This document shows positions 9,138 to 18,130 of a stretch of DNA of 64,000 bases, piece after piece; the first letter of the stretch is position 1; each line of letters starts with the position of its first letter. Both the position numbers and the translations under genes were made by a program. Where the stretch lies: sequence record LC597490.1; one strand, written 5' to 3'. The notes under the pieces are model-generated. The model was given only the letters and a program-made list of their open reading frames with translations, was not told where the DNA came from and made no database searches.

Positions 9138-9238
9138 GGAGGTGATAAGCATGACTCGTGAAGAATGGAATGAATTCGCAGAACATCTTGCTCACAGCTC
9201 TATTCATGAAATTACGGAATTGAAAGGAGATAATTAAT

Positions 9239-10078
9239 ATGTTTACAAAAGGTGCTCAGGTTTATTTCTTAGAACTTGCGGAAGGTGCGAGTTCTTTTAA
9301 TTTTATGATGCCTTATGAAGATGCTCAGGATGTTGTTAACTTTATTCAAGCAACTCCACGTATTTCAATCAAGAATCATGGTGAAGGTATTGCTCAAGAA
9401 AAATTAGAATTACAAAATGTTTCTTTACGTGATATGGAAAATCTTGATTTACCTACAGATGAAGCATGGAAGGTTAATTTCCAAGGTGCTCATCCAATCA
9501 TGGTTGATGGTACTTGTCGTTATTCTTCTAAACTTATTCAATTAGCGAAAGGAGAGATAGAAGAAGAAGTGGTAGTCGCACAATCAGAAGCAATTGTTGA
9601 ACAAGTTGTACAAGCAGACCCGAAACAATCTGCTAAAGATGCATTTAAAGCAAAACTTGCTCAAACGCAAGAAAAACCAATTGTTACACAATCAGTGGTT
9701 CAAGTAGGACCAGGACCAGGACCAGTCGTTGGTCAAGCGCCAATGGTTACAGCAGGGCCAGCTCCTGATCGTGGTAAAAATCCTGGATTAGAATCTATTC
9801 GTCAACAAACGTTACAACAAGCTTCGACTCATGTATCACCACCAGTTGTTGGTAATCCAGTAACAGTTGGTTCAGCTGTTCAAGTTCCAATGACTAGACA
9901 GGTTTCTAGTCAAATTAAGAAAGATGTTTTTAATCCAGTTCCTACTCAACAAAAGAGTAAGATGGAAAGAATTTATGATTTATTATTATCTCAACAACAA
10001 GACAATCAAGAATTGTTAGCTGAAGTTAAGCAATTACGAGCTGAAGTTCAACAATTAACACAAGCTTTATATCAATAG
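9239..10078 (+). CDS. Hypothetical protein with P/Q/V-rich linker and C-terminal coiled coil
   Basis: 279 aa; terminator 10078-10103 follows. Confidence 0.7.
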   Translation: MFTKGAQVYFLELAEGASSFNFMMPYEDAQDVVNFIQATPRISIKNHGEGIAQEKLELQNVSLRDMENLDLPTDEAWKVNFQGAHPIMVDGTCRYSSKLIQLAKGEIEEEVVVAQSEAIVEQVVQADPKQSAKDAFKAKLAQTQEKPIVTQSVVQVGPGPGPVVGQAPMVTAGPAPDRGKNPGLESIRQQTLQQASTHVSPPVVGNPVTVGSAVQVPMTRQVSSQIKKDVFNPVPTQQKSKMERIYDLLLSQQQDNQELLAEVKQLRAEVQQLTQALYQ

Positions 10079-10132
10079 GCGGGAGCAATCCCGTCTTCTT
10101 TTTAAATTTTAGTAAATTTTTCTAAATATTTT

Positions 10133-10161
10133 TTTACTTTCTACAGCTTTTTTCTTATAAT
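10133..10161 (+). promoter_or_regulatory. SigA-type promoter upstream of the repeat-protein/Ubl region
   Basis: TTTACT-17 nt-TATAAT. Confidence 0.65.
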
Positions 10162-10221
10162 AGTAATGGGATATAGGAAAAAGGTTGTTAGAGTAAAAAA
10201 AATTAAACAAACGAAGGAGAG

Positions 10222-11697
10222 ATGGAAGTGGCAAAATTAGTAGGTATCGCTCGTGTTTTAAAAGGTGCTCGTTTTAAATGGTCTGGGGAGGATTTTGAAG
10301 TAGTAGTAGCAGGTTCAAACCCAGTCGTTAAAACAAATCTTCATGGTGAGGATGTAGAAGTTGGCAATCTTTCTACTTTTATTACAGAAGATGTTGCTGA
10401 TGTAAAAGTAATTGTTGGTGACGCATTCGTTAAGCCTGAAGCACCTTCACACGAATCAACTATCAAGGAAAAATTAAAAGCTAAAGCTCGTTCGAAGCAA
10501 TCATCAGTTTCAATTGATGCATCTGGTATTCATATCAATGCTAGTGCAATCTCAACGCCTGTTACTGCTAAACAGCAATTACGTACTGACACCAAAGTAG
10601 GTAAGCTTGCATCAGAAGTTGGCAAGATTAAATTAGGTTCTGGTTTAGTAAAAGGTCGCTTAGATTCAATTGAAAATGCAGCTTATGATGCAAAATCAAT
10701 TGCTGAAGAGTCTCAACGTACAGCTGGCTTCTCAGCTAAAGTATCTAAGGAAGCATCTCGCATCCAAGATGAAAAACTAGCTGAAGTATCTCGTCGTGTT
10801 GGAAAATTAGAAGTTAAAAATGAACTTACAAAAACTAAGGAGGAAAATTCAATGAACTTACAACAAAAATTCGCTCAAAAATCTCAAGAGGTAGCTAACC
10901 GTAATAACTTACAGGAGAAATTCGCTGCAAAATCGGCTTCAAAACAAAAAGGTTTCGGTTCAATCGTTAACAACTTCAAAGGTTTATTCGGTAAAGTGGA
11001 AGGTTTATTTGCATTCTCACCACTTACAGGTGGTTTAGCTGTTAAGAAGAAAGATGGCGGTTTAGTAGCTTATAAAGATGGTGGTTTAACTGATGTTTCT
11101 GGTTTATCTTTAGACTTCAATGTACCAGCATTCAAGTTACCAGTAGCAGCAAAAGATGTAAAAGCTGGAGACGTTGTTCTTCATAACGGTGAAGCAGCTT
11201 ACGTTATCGGAGTTAACGATGACTACTTAGAAACTATCGTACCAGAGAAAGCTTCTAAAGGTTCTGTATTACCTGTTAAGAATATCTTATTCGGTCAATC
11301 ATTCTATGTTGTTGTTAAAACATTAGATTCAGCTGGTAACGGTGGTTTCGACCCAATGTTACTTCTTGCATTAGGTGATGGTAACAAAGACGACTTACTT
11401 CCACTTCTTTTAATGGGTGGAGGTTTAGGCGGTAACGGTCAAGCAGGTGCAATCGACCCAATGACTTTAATGTTACTTCAAGATAAAACTGATGACTTAT
11501 TACCACTTATCTTAATGCAACAAGGTGGTTTAGCAGGTCAAGGTTTTAATCCATTATTCTTCTTACTAGGAGAAGATAAAGGTTCAAAATCTGATTTACT
11601 TCCATTACTTCTTATGCAACAAGGTGGCGGTCTTTTCGGACAAGCAGCACCAGCTCCAGCTGCACCAGCAGTAGAAGTTAAAAAAGATCAAAAGTAA
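10222..11697 (+). CDS. Hypothetical protein with C-terminal (F/I)(D/N)P..LL / DLLPLLLM-QQGG repeats
   Basis: 491 aa (start may be GTG 10228). C-terminal half is paralogous to 11836-12648. In-frame internal ATG 10852 has SD aaggagg. Confidence 0.75.
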   Translation: MEVAKLVGIARVLKGARFKWSGEDFEVVVAGSNPVVKTNLHGEDVEVGNLSTFITEDVADVKVIVGDAFVKPEAPSHESTIKEKLKAKARSKQSSVSIDASGIHINASAISTPVTAKQQLRTDTKVGKLASEVGKIKLGSGLVKGRLDSIENAAYDAKSIAEESQRTAGFSAKVSKEASRIQDEKLAEVSRRVGKLEVKNELTKTKEENSMNLQQKFAQKSQEVANRNNLQEKFAAKSASKQKGFGSIVNNFKGLFGKVEGLFAFSPLTGGLAVKKKDGGLVAYKDGGLTDVSGLSLDFNVPAFKLPVAAKDVKAGDVVLHNGEAAYVIGVNDDYLETIVPEKASKGSVLPVKNILFGQSFYVVVKTLDSAGNGGFDPMLLLALGDGNKDDLLPLLLMGGGLGGNGQAGAIDPMTLMLLQDKTDDLLPLILMQQGGLAGQGFNPLFFLLGEDKGSKSDLLPLLLMQQGGGLFGQAAPAPAAPAVEVKKDQK

Positions 11698-11723
11698 TTA
11701 ACAATAAAAAAATGATGAGATGT

Positions 11724-11754
11724 AAAAGAGGGGTGTAACCCATCCCTCTTTTTT
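11724..11754 (+). terminator. Intrinsic terminator
   Basis: aaaagagggg...atccctctttttt stem. Confidence 0.7.
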
Positions 11755-11835
11755 ATAATTTGTTTCATAAGTTCTTTTATAAAATATAGAAGGACTTACA
11801 AACAAATTATAGGAAAATAGAGGAGGAAGTTTATT

Positions 11836-12648
11836 ATGAAAAACTTATTCGCAGGTGTTAAAGGTCAATTTGGAAAGGTAGAGAACGTATTTGCATTTTC
11901 ACCAGTAACAGGTGGTCTAGCAGTTAAAGTAGGTAACGGTCAGTTTGTTGCATTCCAAGATGGTCAATTAGTAGATGTACAAGGCTTAACTCTTGATTTT
12001 AAAGTTCCAGCGTTCAAATTACCAGTTGTTGCTTCTGAAGTTCAAGCAGGTGATATCGTATTAAATGGCGCTGAATATTTATATGTAACAGGTGTTTCTG
12101 ATAACTACGTAGAAGCTGTATCTCCAGCTCGTCGTGAAAAAGTAAATGTGTTACCAACTACAAATCTATTCTTTGGTAAACCATTCTTCACTGTTGTTCG
12201 TACTATGGACGGAGCAGGTGCTGGTTTTGACCCAACAATGCTTTTATTAATGTCTGATGGTGGAAACAAAGAAGATTTACTTCCATTCTTACTTATGTCA
12301 GGTGGTTTAGGTGGCGCTCAAGCTGCTGGTCAAATCAATCCAATGATGCTTATGGCACTTCAGGATTCAACTGACGACTTATTACCTCTTCTACTTATGC
12401 AACAAGGTGGCGCAATGGGTGAAGGTTTCAATCCATTAATGTTACTTGCAATGGGTGAAGGTAAAGGCGGTAAGTTAAATGATTTACTTCCACTTATGAT
12501 GATGCAAGGTGGAGGCGCTGCTGGTGCAATGAACCCAATGATGATGATGATGCTTATGGGCGACGGTAAAGGTGGCGACATGAAAGACATCATGATGATG
12601 CAAGCATTATCTGGTGGCAATGGCTTCAACTTATTCGGAGCTAAGTAA
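11836..12648 (+). CDS. Paralog of upstream gene, Gly/Met/Leu-rich repeat protein
   Basis: FGKVENVFAFSPVTGGLAVK..FKVPAFKLPV is shared; DLLPLLLMQQGG and NPMMMMM repeats. Confidence 0.75.
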   Translation: MKNLFAGVKGQFGKVENVFAFSPVTGGLAVKVGNGQFVAFQDGQLVDVQGLTLDFKVPAFKLPVVASEVQAGDIVLNGAEYLYVTGVSDNYVEAVSPARREKVNVLPTTNLFFGKPFFTVVRTMDGAGAGFDPTMLLLMSDGGNKEDLLPFLLMSGGLGGAQAAGQINPMMLMALQDSTDDLLPLLLMQQGGAMGEGFNPLMLLAMGEGKGGKLNDLLPLMMMQGGGAAGAMNPMMMMMLMGDGKGGDMKDIMMMQALSGGNGFNLFGAK

Positions 12649-12854
12649 TGAATTTCGGTAATATGAGTCCTAAAGAGTTACGAGCTATGGCGAGACAGTT
12701 GAATGCCATGGCTCAAGCTCTTGAGTTGGCTCAGGACCCAGCGAAGTTCATGCAAAAGAAAGTTCGTTCAAAAGTAAATGGTACAAAGCGTAAAATGAAA
12801 AACCAAGTTATCAACAGTGTTTTGGGTAGTGCTCTTTCCAAGAAGTCTAAGTAG
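12648..12854 (+). CDS. Small basic hypothetical protein
   Basis: TAATG coupling; 68 aa. Confidence 0.6.
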   Translation: MNFGNMSPKELRAMARQLNAMAQALELAQDPAKFMQKKVRSKVNGTKRKMKNQVINSVLGSALSKKSK

Positions 12855-12958
12855 TATTATCATAGATTTTAAGGAAAGCCATGTAATGGATGTAAGTTCA
12901 TAGGAACTTTATCATATAAAAAATAAAAAAATTGACAATTGAAAGGGAGTTATTAATT

Positions 12959-13810
12959 ATGCGTAAAGTAGTATATGGTTCAACAACAGTAGACATCGAG
13001 GACAACAACTTAACAGTGGAGGACATTCGTGAAGTAATGTCTGAAACATACCCTGAGTTAGCAAATGCAACACACACTGAGCGTGATGGTGTTATTGAGT
13101 TTAAGGTACAGGCGGGCACGAAAGGTGCTCTTCGTGTTGTTAAGTATGGTTCAACTACAATCGACATCGAAGATGATGCGTTAACTGTTAATGATATCCG
13201 TGAAGTTATGTCGGAAACTTACCCTGAATTGGCGAATGCATCTCATACACAAGAGGGTAACGTTATCGAGTTCAAGGTGCAAGCTGGTACAAAAGGAGCG
13301 CTCCGTATTGTAAAATACGGTTCGACTTCTATTGATATCGAGGACGATGCTTTAACAGTCAACGATATCCGTGAGGTAATGTCTGAGACTTACCCAGAGC
13401 TTGCTAACGCTTCTCATACGCAAGAAGGGAACGTTATTGAGTTTAAAGTCCAAGCAGGTACGAAAGGTGCTCTCCGTGTTGTAAAATACGGAAGCACTTC
13501 TATCGACATTGAGGATGATGCATTGACTGTAAATGACATCAGAGAGGTTATGTCAGAAACATATCCTGAGTTAGCAAACGCTTCTCATACTCAGGAAGGA
13601 AATGTCATCGAATTTAAAGTACAAGCTGGTACAAAGGGTGCTTTACGAGTAGTAAAATATGGTTCTACTACAATTGATATCGAAGACGACGCACTAACTG
13701 TTAACGATATTCGTGAAGTAATGTCAGAAACGTATCCAGAACTAGCAAATGCATCTCATACTCAAGAGGGCAATGTGATCGAATTTAAAGTGCAAGCAGG
13801 AACTAAAGGT
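12959..13810 (+). repeat. Five 171 nt coding repeats
   Basis: Units start at 12959, 13130, 13301, 13472, 13643. Confidence 0.95.
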
Positions 13811-13858
13811 GGTCTTGAGTTCTTCAAAGCTATTGCACCAAAATTAAGAAAGAAGTAA
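12959..13858 (+). CDS. Polyubiquitin-like precursor: five tandem Prok_Ub (PRTRC protein C-like) units plus 15 aa tail
   Basis: SD aaagggag, ATG 12959. Each 56 aa unit has YPEL and ends KVQAGTKG, as recalled for PRTRC protein C (YPEI...AVGTKG). Confidence 0.85.
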   Translation: MRKVVYGSTTVDIEDNNLTVEDIREVMSETYPELANATHTERDGVIEFKVQAGTKGALRVVKYGSTTIDIEDDALTVNDIREVMSETYPELANASHTQEGNVIEFKVQAGTKGALRIVKYGSTSIDIEDDALTVNDIREVMSETYPELANASHTQEGNVIEFKVQAGTKGALRVVKYGSTSIDIEDDALTVNDIREVMSETYPELANASHTQEGNVIEFKVQAGTKGALRVVKYGSTTIDIEDDALTVNDIREVMSETYPELANASHTQEGNVIEFKVQAGTKGGLEFFKAIAPKLRKK

Positions 13859-13864
13859 TATGAT

Positions 13865-13898
13865 GGGATGGAGGCCTTGGGCTTTCATCCCTTTTTTT
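13865..13898 (+). terminator. Intrinsic terminator after poly-Ubl gene
   Basis: gggatggaggc-cttgg-gctttcatccc followed by T7. Confidence 0.8.
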
Positions 13899-13935
13899 GG
13901 TGTAATTAAGTTGTATTTTTAAAGGAGGAATAGAT

Positions 13936-14319
13936 ATGGCTGAAGACAGAAGTATGCAAGAAGTATTAGATGACATCCTTAGTGTTGCAGAAGGTGAAGA
14001 AACTCCAGTACCAGCTGAAGCAGCTATTGAGCAAAATTCATGGGAAAGAGAAGGTTTTGGTGCATTAGAGGCATTTGTTTGTGAGAGATTAGAAGATTTA
14101 CCTCACCAACCGATTCTTAGTGCAGATATCAAAACAAAGGTTAATAGAATCATGTCTGCTGAAAAGGTATCTGATTTAGATGATTTATCGGTGTCTGCAT
14201 TAGAAGCAACTGTTGAGGAAATGAGACGTCCATTAAACGGTCATTTGAATCGTTTGGATGATTTTGCGCCTCGTGTAGCTCGTGCAATGCCAATTGAAAG
14301 AGAAAGTGACTTTATCTAA
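13936..14319 (+). CDS. Acidic hypothetical protein in Ubl cassette
   Basis: SD aaggagg; 127 aa. Confidence 0.7.
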   Translation: MAEDRSMQEVLDDILSVAEGEETPVPAEAAIEQNSWEREGFGALEAFVCERLEDLPHQPILSADIKTKVNRIMSAEKVSDLDDLSVSALEATVEEMRRPLNGHLNRLDDFAPRVARAMPIERESDFI

Positions 14320-14333
14320 AGGAGGGAATTAAT

Positions 14334-15863
14334 TTGACTAATCTAACAGAATTAAGAAGTCGTGTATCACATGTAGTATCATCTAGAAGATTATTGTCTG
14401 ATGGTTTAATTAAGGACCATATGGCGATTCCAACAAACGTAGCTGAAGAAAAGAAAATTGTTCAAGACACAGTTTTTGAAGCAATTAAAAATACATTTAT
14501 TGGGTGCCGTATTAATCCCAATAAAAATGCATTCTCTGTTAAACTTGATGGTGCGATTAACGTTAAAGCACAAGAGTTATATGATTATATCCAAGAGCAT
14601 CCACATTGGAAATCATTTTTAGAATCTCAACATTCTAGTAAGTTACGTACAATATTAAACTTACAAAATGTGTATCAAGAAAGGAGAGAATTAAAATTTA
14701 AAAGAGAAGATGATGGACGTCGCTTTATTTATGTCCCGTTTGAACCACATGATATTCCGAGTTATCATGACCAAGGTTTATATCATATGCTTCAGTATTT
14801 GAAACAAAGTTTCGACAGAGAGAAAGCAGCATCTGTTATCTTTGATGAAGTAATGCAATTGATTGAAACTGAACGTCAACGTCGTATCGAAGAACGTAAT
14901 CGTTTAATGCAACGTATCGAAGCGAAGTACAAGGAAGATATCAAAGCAAGCTTGTTGAAACCAATTGGTACGATTCGAGGAGATGTTCGTGAGAAACTTA
15001 TCCAAGAACGTATGGTTAAATGGTGTAATGAGCAAGGTTTAGCGCCAGCGATTCCTCAAGAGCTTACATACCAGAACATTATTCCAGTTGGTACGGAAGT
15101 ATCAGTTGTTGTTAAGTCAGGTTCTCAAGAAGAAGGATGGTTTGCAGTTCCACGTTCTGGAGGATTTGAGATTCCTGAAGGCTTTGAACGTTTAATGGTT
15201 TATGATAATGTAACTCGTCACGATGCATTACATCAACGTTCACGTAGTGGTTCAGCTCCAATCGTAATCAATGAAGATACATTCACTGAGTTCGATATCA
15301 ATTACTGGAAGCACTTACTACCTGAAGAACATGCTCAGTATAAAGCAGGTTATGAGGCTGTAGTGGCTTCTGTAACAGCTGCTGAAGTTAAGATAGTACA
15401 AGACTTACTTGATGAGCAAAAACGTGAGGAAGAGGCACGTATTGAGCGTCAAAAGCAAGAGCTTGAACAGAAACGTGAAGAGTTAAGACGTCAACGTGAG
15501 CGTGAAGATGAAGAGTTGCGTCGTCTTGAAGCAACGTATGAAAGAGAAAATGAGCAGAAACGTCAAGAAAGAAAGCGTAGAAGCTTAGACGGTATTACTC
15601 GTCAATTACAAGAACAAGCTGAAACTCATACGGTAGAAGATGATGTATTAGATATCGTTGAATCTGATTACACAATCTTATACAATCCGTTTGGTGTAGA
15701 AAGTAAGTTCACGTTAGTACATGCAAGTGGTGAAGAAGAAAACTTTGCAAGTGAAGATGATTTAAAAGTACGTATCTTTGATGAATTAGATTTAGATGAG
15801 CACGAAGCTGTTGTGTATCATAAAATCAATCAAAGCCGTATCTACAAACAATTAACAAAATAA
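14334..15863 (+). CDS. Hypothetical protein with long charged coiled coil, in Ubl cassette
   Basis: TTG start with SD ggaggg; E/R/Q-rich helix near C-terminus. Confidence 0.75.
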   Translation: MTNLTELRSRVSHVVSSRRLLSDGLIKDHMAIPTNVAEEKKIVQDTVFEAIKNTFIGCRINPNKNAFSVKLDGAINVKAQELYDYIQEHPHWKSFLESQHSSKLRTILNLQNVYQERRELKFKREDDGRRFIYVPFEPHDIPSYHDQGLYHMLQYLKQSFDREKAASVIFDEVMQLIETERQRRIEERNRLMQRIEAKYKEDIKASLLKPIGTIRGDVREKLIQERMVKWCNEQGLAPAIPQELTYQNIIPVGTEVSVVVKSGSQEEGWFAVPRSGGFEIPEGFERLMVYDNVTRHDALHQRSRSGSAPIVINEDTFTEFDINYWKHLLPEEHAQYKAGYEAVVASVTAAEVKIVQDLLDEQKREEEARIERQKQELEQKREELRRQREREDEELRRLEATYERENEQKRQERKRRSLDGITRQLQEQAETHTVEDDVLDIVESDYTILYNPFGVESKFTLVHASGEEENFASEDDLKVRIFDELDLDEHEAVVYHKINQSRIYKQLTK

Positions 15864-15893
15864 ATTGTAATATAACTAAGGAGGAAATTTATT

Positions 15894-16619
15894 ATGGCAA
15901 ACCGTCCAGATTCTATTAACATTGAGATTTTACAAGAGGGAGTTACAATCAAGACAACGAAAAATGGTGTAACAACTTTAAAGGAAACAAATCTTGAGCA
16001 GGTTCAACGTCAATTAACAAGCAATGAGCGTATTGAGACGCCGTTGCTTCCAAGTATTTGGGGTGTACAAAAGTTTGTTAAACGTGGTAATAAAGAGTTA
16101 TACGTTATTACGACTCCTCCAGGAATTCGTAAAGTACAGTACACTGGTGATGACCGTGGTGAGTATGAGATTCCTGTACCAGCTGCGATTTGGTTTGTAA
16201 CAGCACAAGAACGTTCTGGTGGCGGACGTCAATTGATTCATACAACAGTTTATGCAATTAAAAATCCTATTTTAACAGGTATTGAACAATTGTATCGTAT
16301 GCCATTTAGTAACTGTGATAACTCGTACATTTGCTGGGGAGATGAGAGTCCACAAATTTCATCACCAAAAAGTGTTCAATCTATCCCAGACCGTTTCTTC
16401 TCTATGCCATTTAACAGTGACTTAGGAAGCAATGCGTATCAACCAATTAAAGAAGTAGTGGATGGAAGAGAAATTAGTCACTTCCGTATCAATCACTTAT
16501 TCCGTTACTTAGATCGTAAATTGAAAGAGGATAAAGATTTCCGTTTCCCGAACAATCATTTAAATAGTTACGAGTCATTTAAGCGTGTACTTGACCACGA
16601 ACTTCGTCGTTTATCTTAA
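15894..16619 (+). CDS. Prokaryotic E2 family D (PRTRC protein B-like)
   Basis: TPPGIRKV..IPVPAAIW..VYAIK..LYRMPFSN...ICWG..RFFSMPFN; candidate catalytic Cys in ICWG. Confidence 0.75.
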   Translation: MANRPDSINIEILQEGVTIKTTKNGVTTLKETNLEQVQRQLTSNERIETPLLPSIWGVQKFVKRGNKELYVITTPPGIRKVQYTGDDRGEYEIPVPAAIWFVTAQERSGGGRQLIHTTVYAIKNPILTGIEQLYRMPFSNCDNSYICWGDESPQISSPKSVQSIPDRFFSMPFNSDLGSNAYQPIKEVVDGREISHFRINHLFRYLDRKLKEDKDFRFPNNHLNSYESFKRVLDHELRRLS

Positions 16620-16678
16620 TCTGTATTTTGGTAGTTTTAAAATTAAAAAAAACAAACAATTAAAAGGAGAGATTTATT

Positions 16679-18061
16679 ATGACAAAGGCAGCAGCAAAAG
16701 CAAACGGAATGGCAGCGCTAAGAGCGAAAATGGCAGGACAAACTATGGGATTCCACACTGGTCCTCAAACAGCTGAGGTTTATGCACAAAAACCAACAAA
16801 CATCGTTACAGCAGGTAATGGTGTTTTCCGTGTAATCCAAAAGGATATCGGTGCTTTCATTACGAAACTAGCTGATGGTAAGATTCCAGGTTTACCTGAA
16901 ATGCAAGAAGGAGTGGAATTAGCGATTCCAAAGATTCCTTACAAGTATTGGTTACAAGTATTATCATTCTATAAAGATGTAAATGCAAAAGATGGTACAG
17001 AAGCATCTGTTATCTTCTTCTGGAATACGAATAATGTTCAGATTCCAACTCATTATGACCCAACTCCTGCACAAGCAGCGAAGGGTGAGTTAGGGCCAGA
17101 AGTAAAAGGTTTAACGCAAGATGGTCAATTAATCATTTATTGTCCAGTACAAAAGAACTCTGGTAGTTTATCAGACTTTACGAAAGATTCATTTGTAGAT
17201 TGGTTACGTCTTAATACAGCTCAGTTATTAGAAACACATTCTCATAATACAATGGGTGCGTTCTGGTCAGGAACAGATGACAGCAATGAGAACTATCCAC
17301 AGTTCTACGGTGTTATGGGTAAAGTTTCAAGCCCACAACCTGAGTATCGTTTCCGTTATGCTTTAGGTAAAGAAAAGTTCGATTGTGAGTTATGGGAACT
17401 ATTCGAAAAACCTCAAGTAAAAATGACTGAAACAGTTATTGTTAACATCCCAGGTGTAGGTGAGTACAAAGATGAGCAAGAAGTGAAGAACTTAGACTTC
17501 AATGGTCCATGGCCGATGGTTGAATATCCAGATGATTGGATGGGTCAACATAGTAAGAGTGTATACACACCAACTTACACAACTCCGTACCAACGTAAAA
17601 CATATGGTGCAGCAGGAACTCAAGTTCACGGAGGAGCAGGTGGTGGTAACTTTCCCAGTCTCCACGGTTCAGAAGCCTGGGGAGACGGCTGGGGGGATTC
17701 AGGCTACTGGCCTGGCGTTTCTGGTCAATCTGGCCTTGGCATGGGTGCGGAAGTAATCGAAGGTGACTTCGGATACGGAGAAGGTACCAGGCAAGGGCAA
17801 GAATCGTTCGAAGAATCGTACAAAAAACTCTTACAAGAACCAGTCGCAGGGCAGGGGACGTGGACGTTCGCAAAAGCATGGGAAAAGAAAGTAAGTGAAG
17901 GTCAGCTTGAAACAGATGGAACAACTGTTGATTATGTAATCATGGAACCAACTGAAGCTGAAGAACGTGATGAAATTCATGCATTAATTGGTGAATTAAT
18001 TAACTTTGGTACGTATGCGACCATCGTTGATATTGCAAGAGATGAACACCTCGTAGAGTAG
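16679..18061 (+). CDS. JAB/MPN+ isopeptidase (PRTRC protein A-like) with long low-complexity C-terminal extension
   Basis: GNGVF; EASV (catalytic E); ETHSHNTMGAFWSGTDD (HxH...S..D). Confidence 0.85.
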   Translation: MTKAAAKANGMAALRAKMAGQTMGFHTGPQTAEVYAQKPTNIVTAGNGVFRVIQKDIGAFITKLADGKIPGLPEMQEGVELAIPKIPYKYWLQVLSFYKDVNAKDGTEASVIFFWNTNNVQIPTHYDPTPAQAAKGELGPEVKGLTQDGQLIIYCPVQKNSGSLSDFTKDSFVDWLRLNTAQLLETHSHNTMGAFWSGTDDSNENYPQFYGVMGKVSSPQPEYRFRYALGKEKFDCELWELFEKPQVKMTETVIVNIPGVGEYKDEQEVKNLDFNGPWPMVEYPDDWMGQHSKSVYTPTYTTPYQRKTYGAAGTQVHGGAGGGNFPSLHGSEAWGDGWGDSGYWPGVSGQSGLGMGAEVIEGDFGYGEGTRQGQESFEESYKKLLQEPVAGQGTWTFAKAWEKKVSEGQLETDGTTVDYVIMEPTEAEERDEIHALIGELINFGTYATIVDIARDEHLVE

Positions 18062-18130
18062 GCATTAGCCTACTTTACATTTTTTTTATTGCACTACATA
18101 TCTTATTTATATTAAAAGGAGAGATTTATT

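Noticed and set aside
12932-12958. TTG start for the poly-Ubl ORF as given in the ORF track
   Set aside because: The SD lies inside this extension; ATG 12959 is correctly spaced and aligns with the repeat register.
12959-13810. Poly-Ubl repeats as assembly artefact, CRISPR or VNTR
   Set aside because: Units differ at more than half their codons, with no spacers and no identical DNA repeats.
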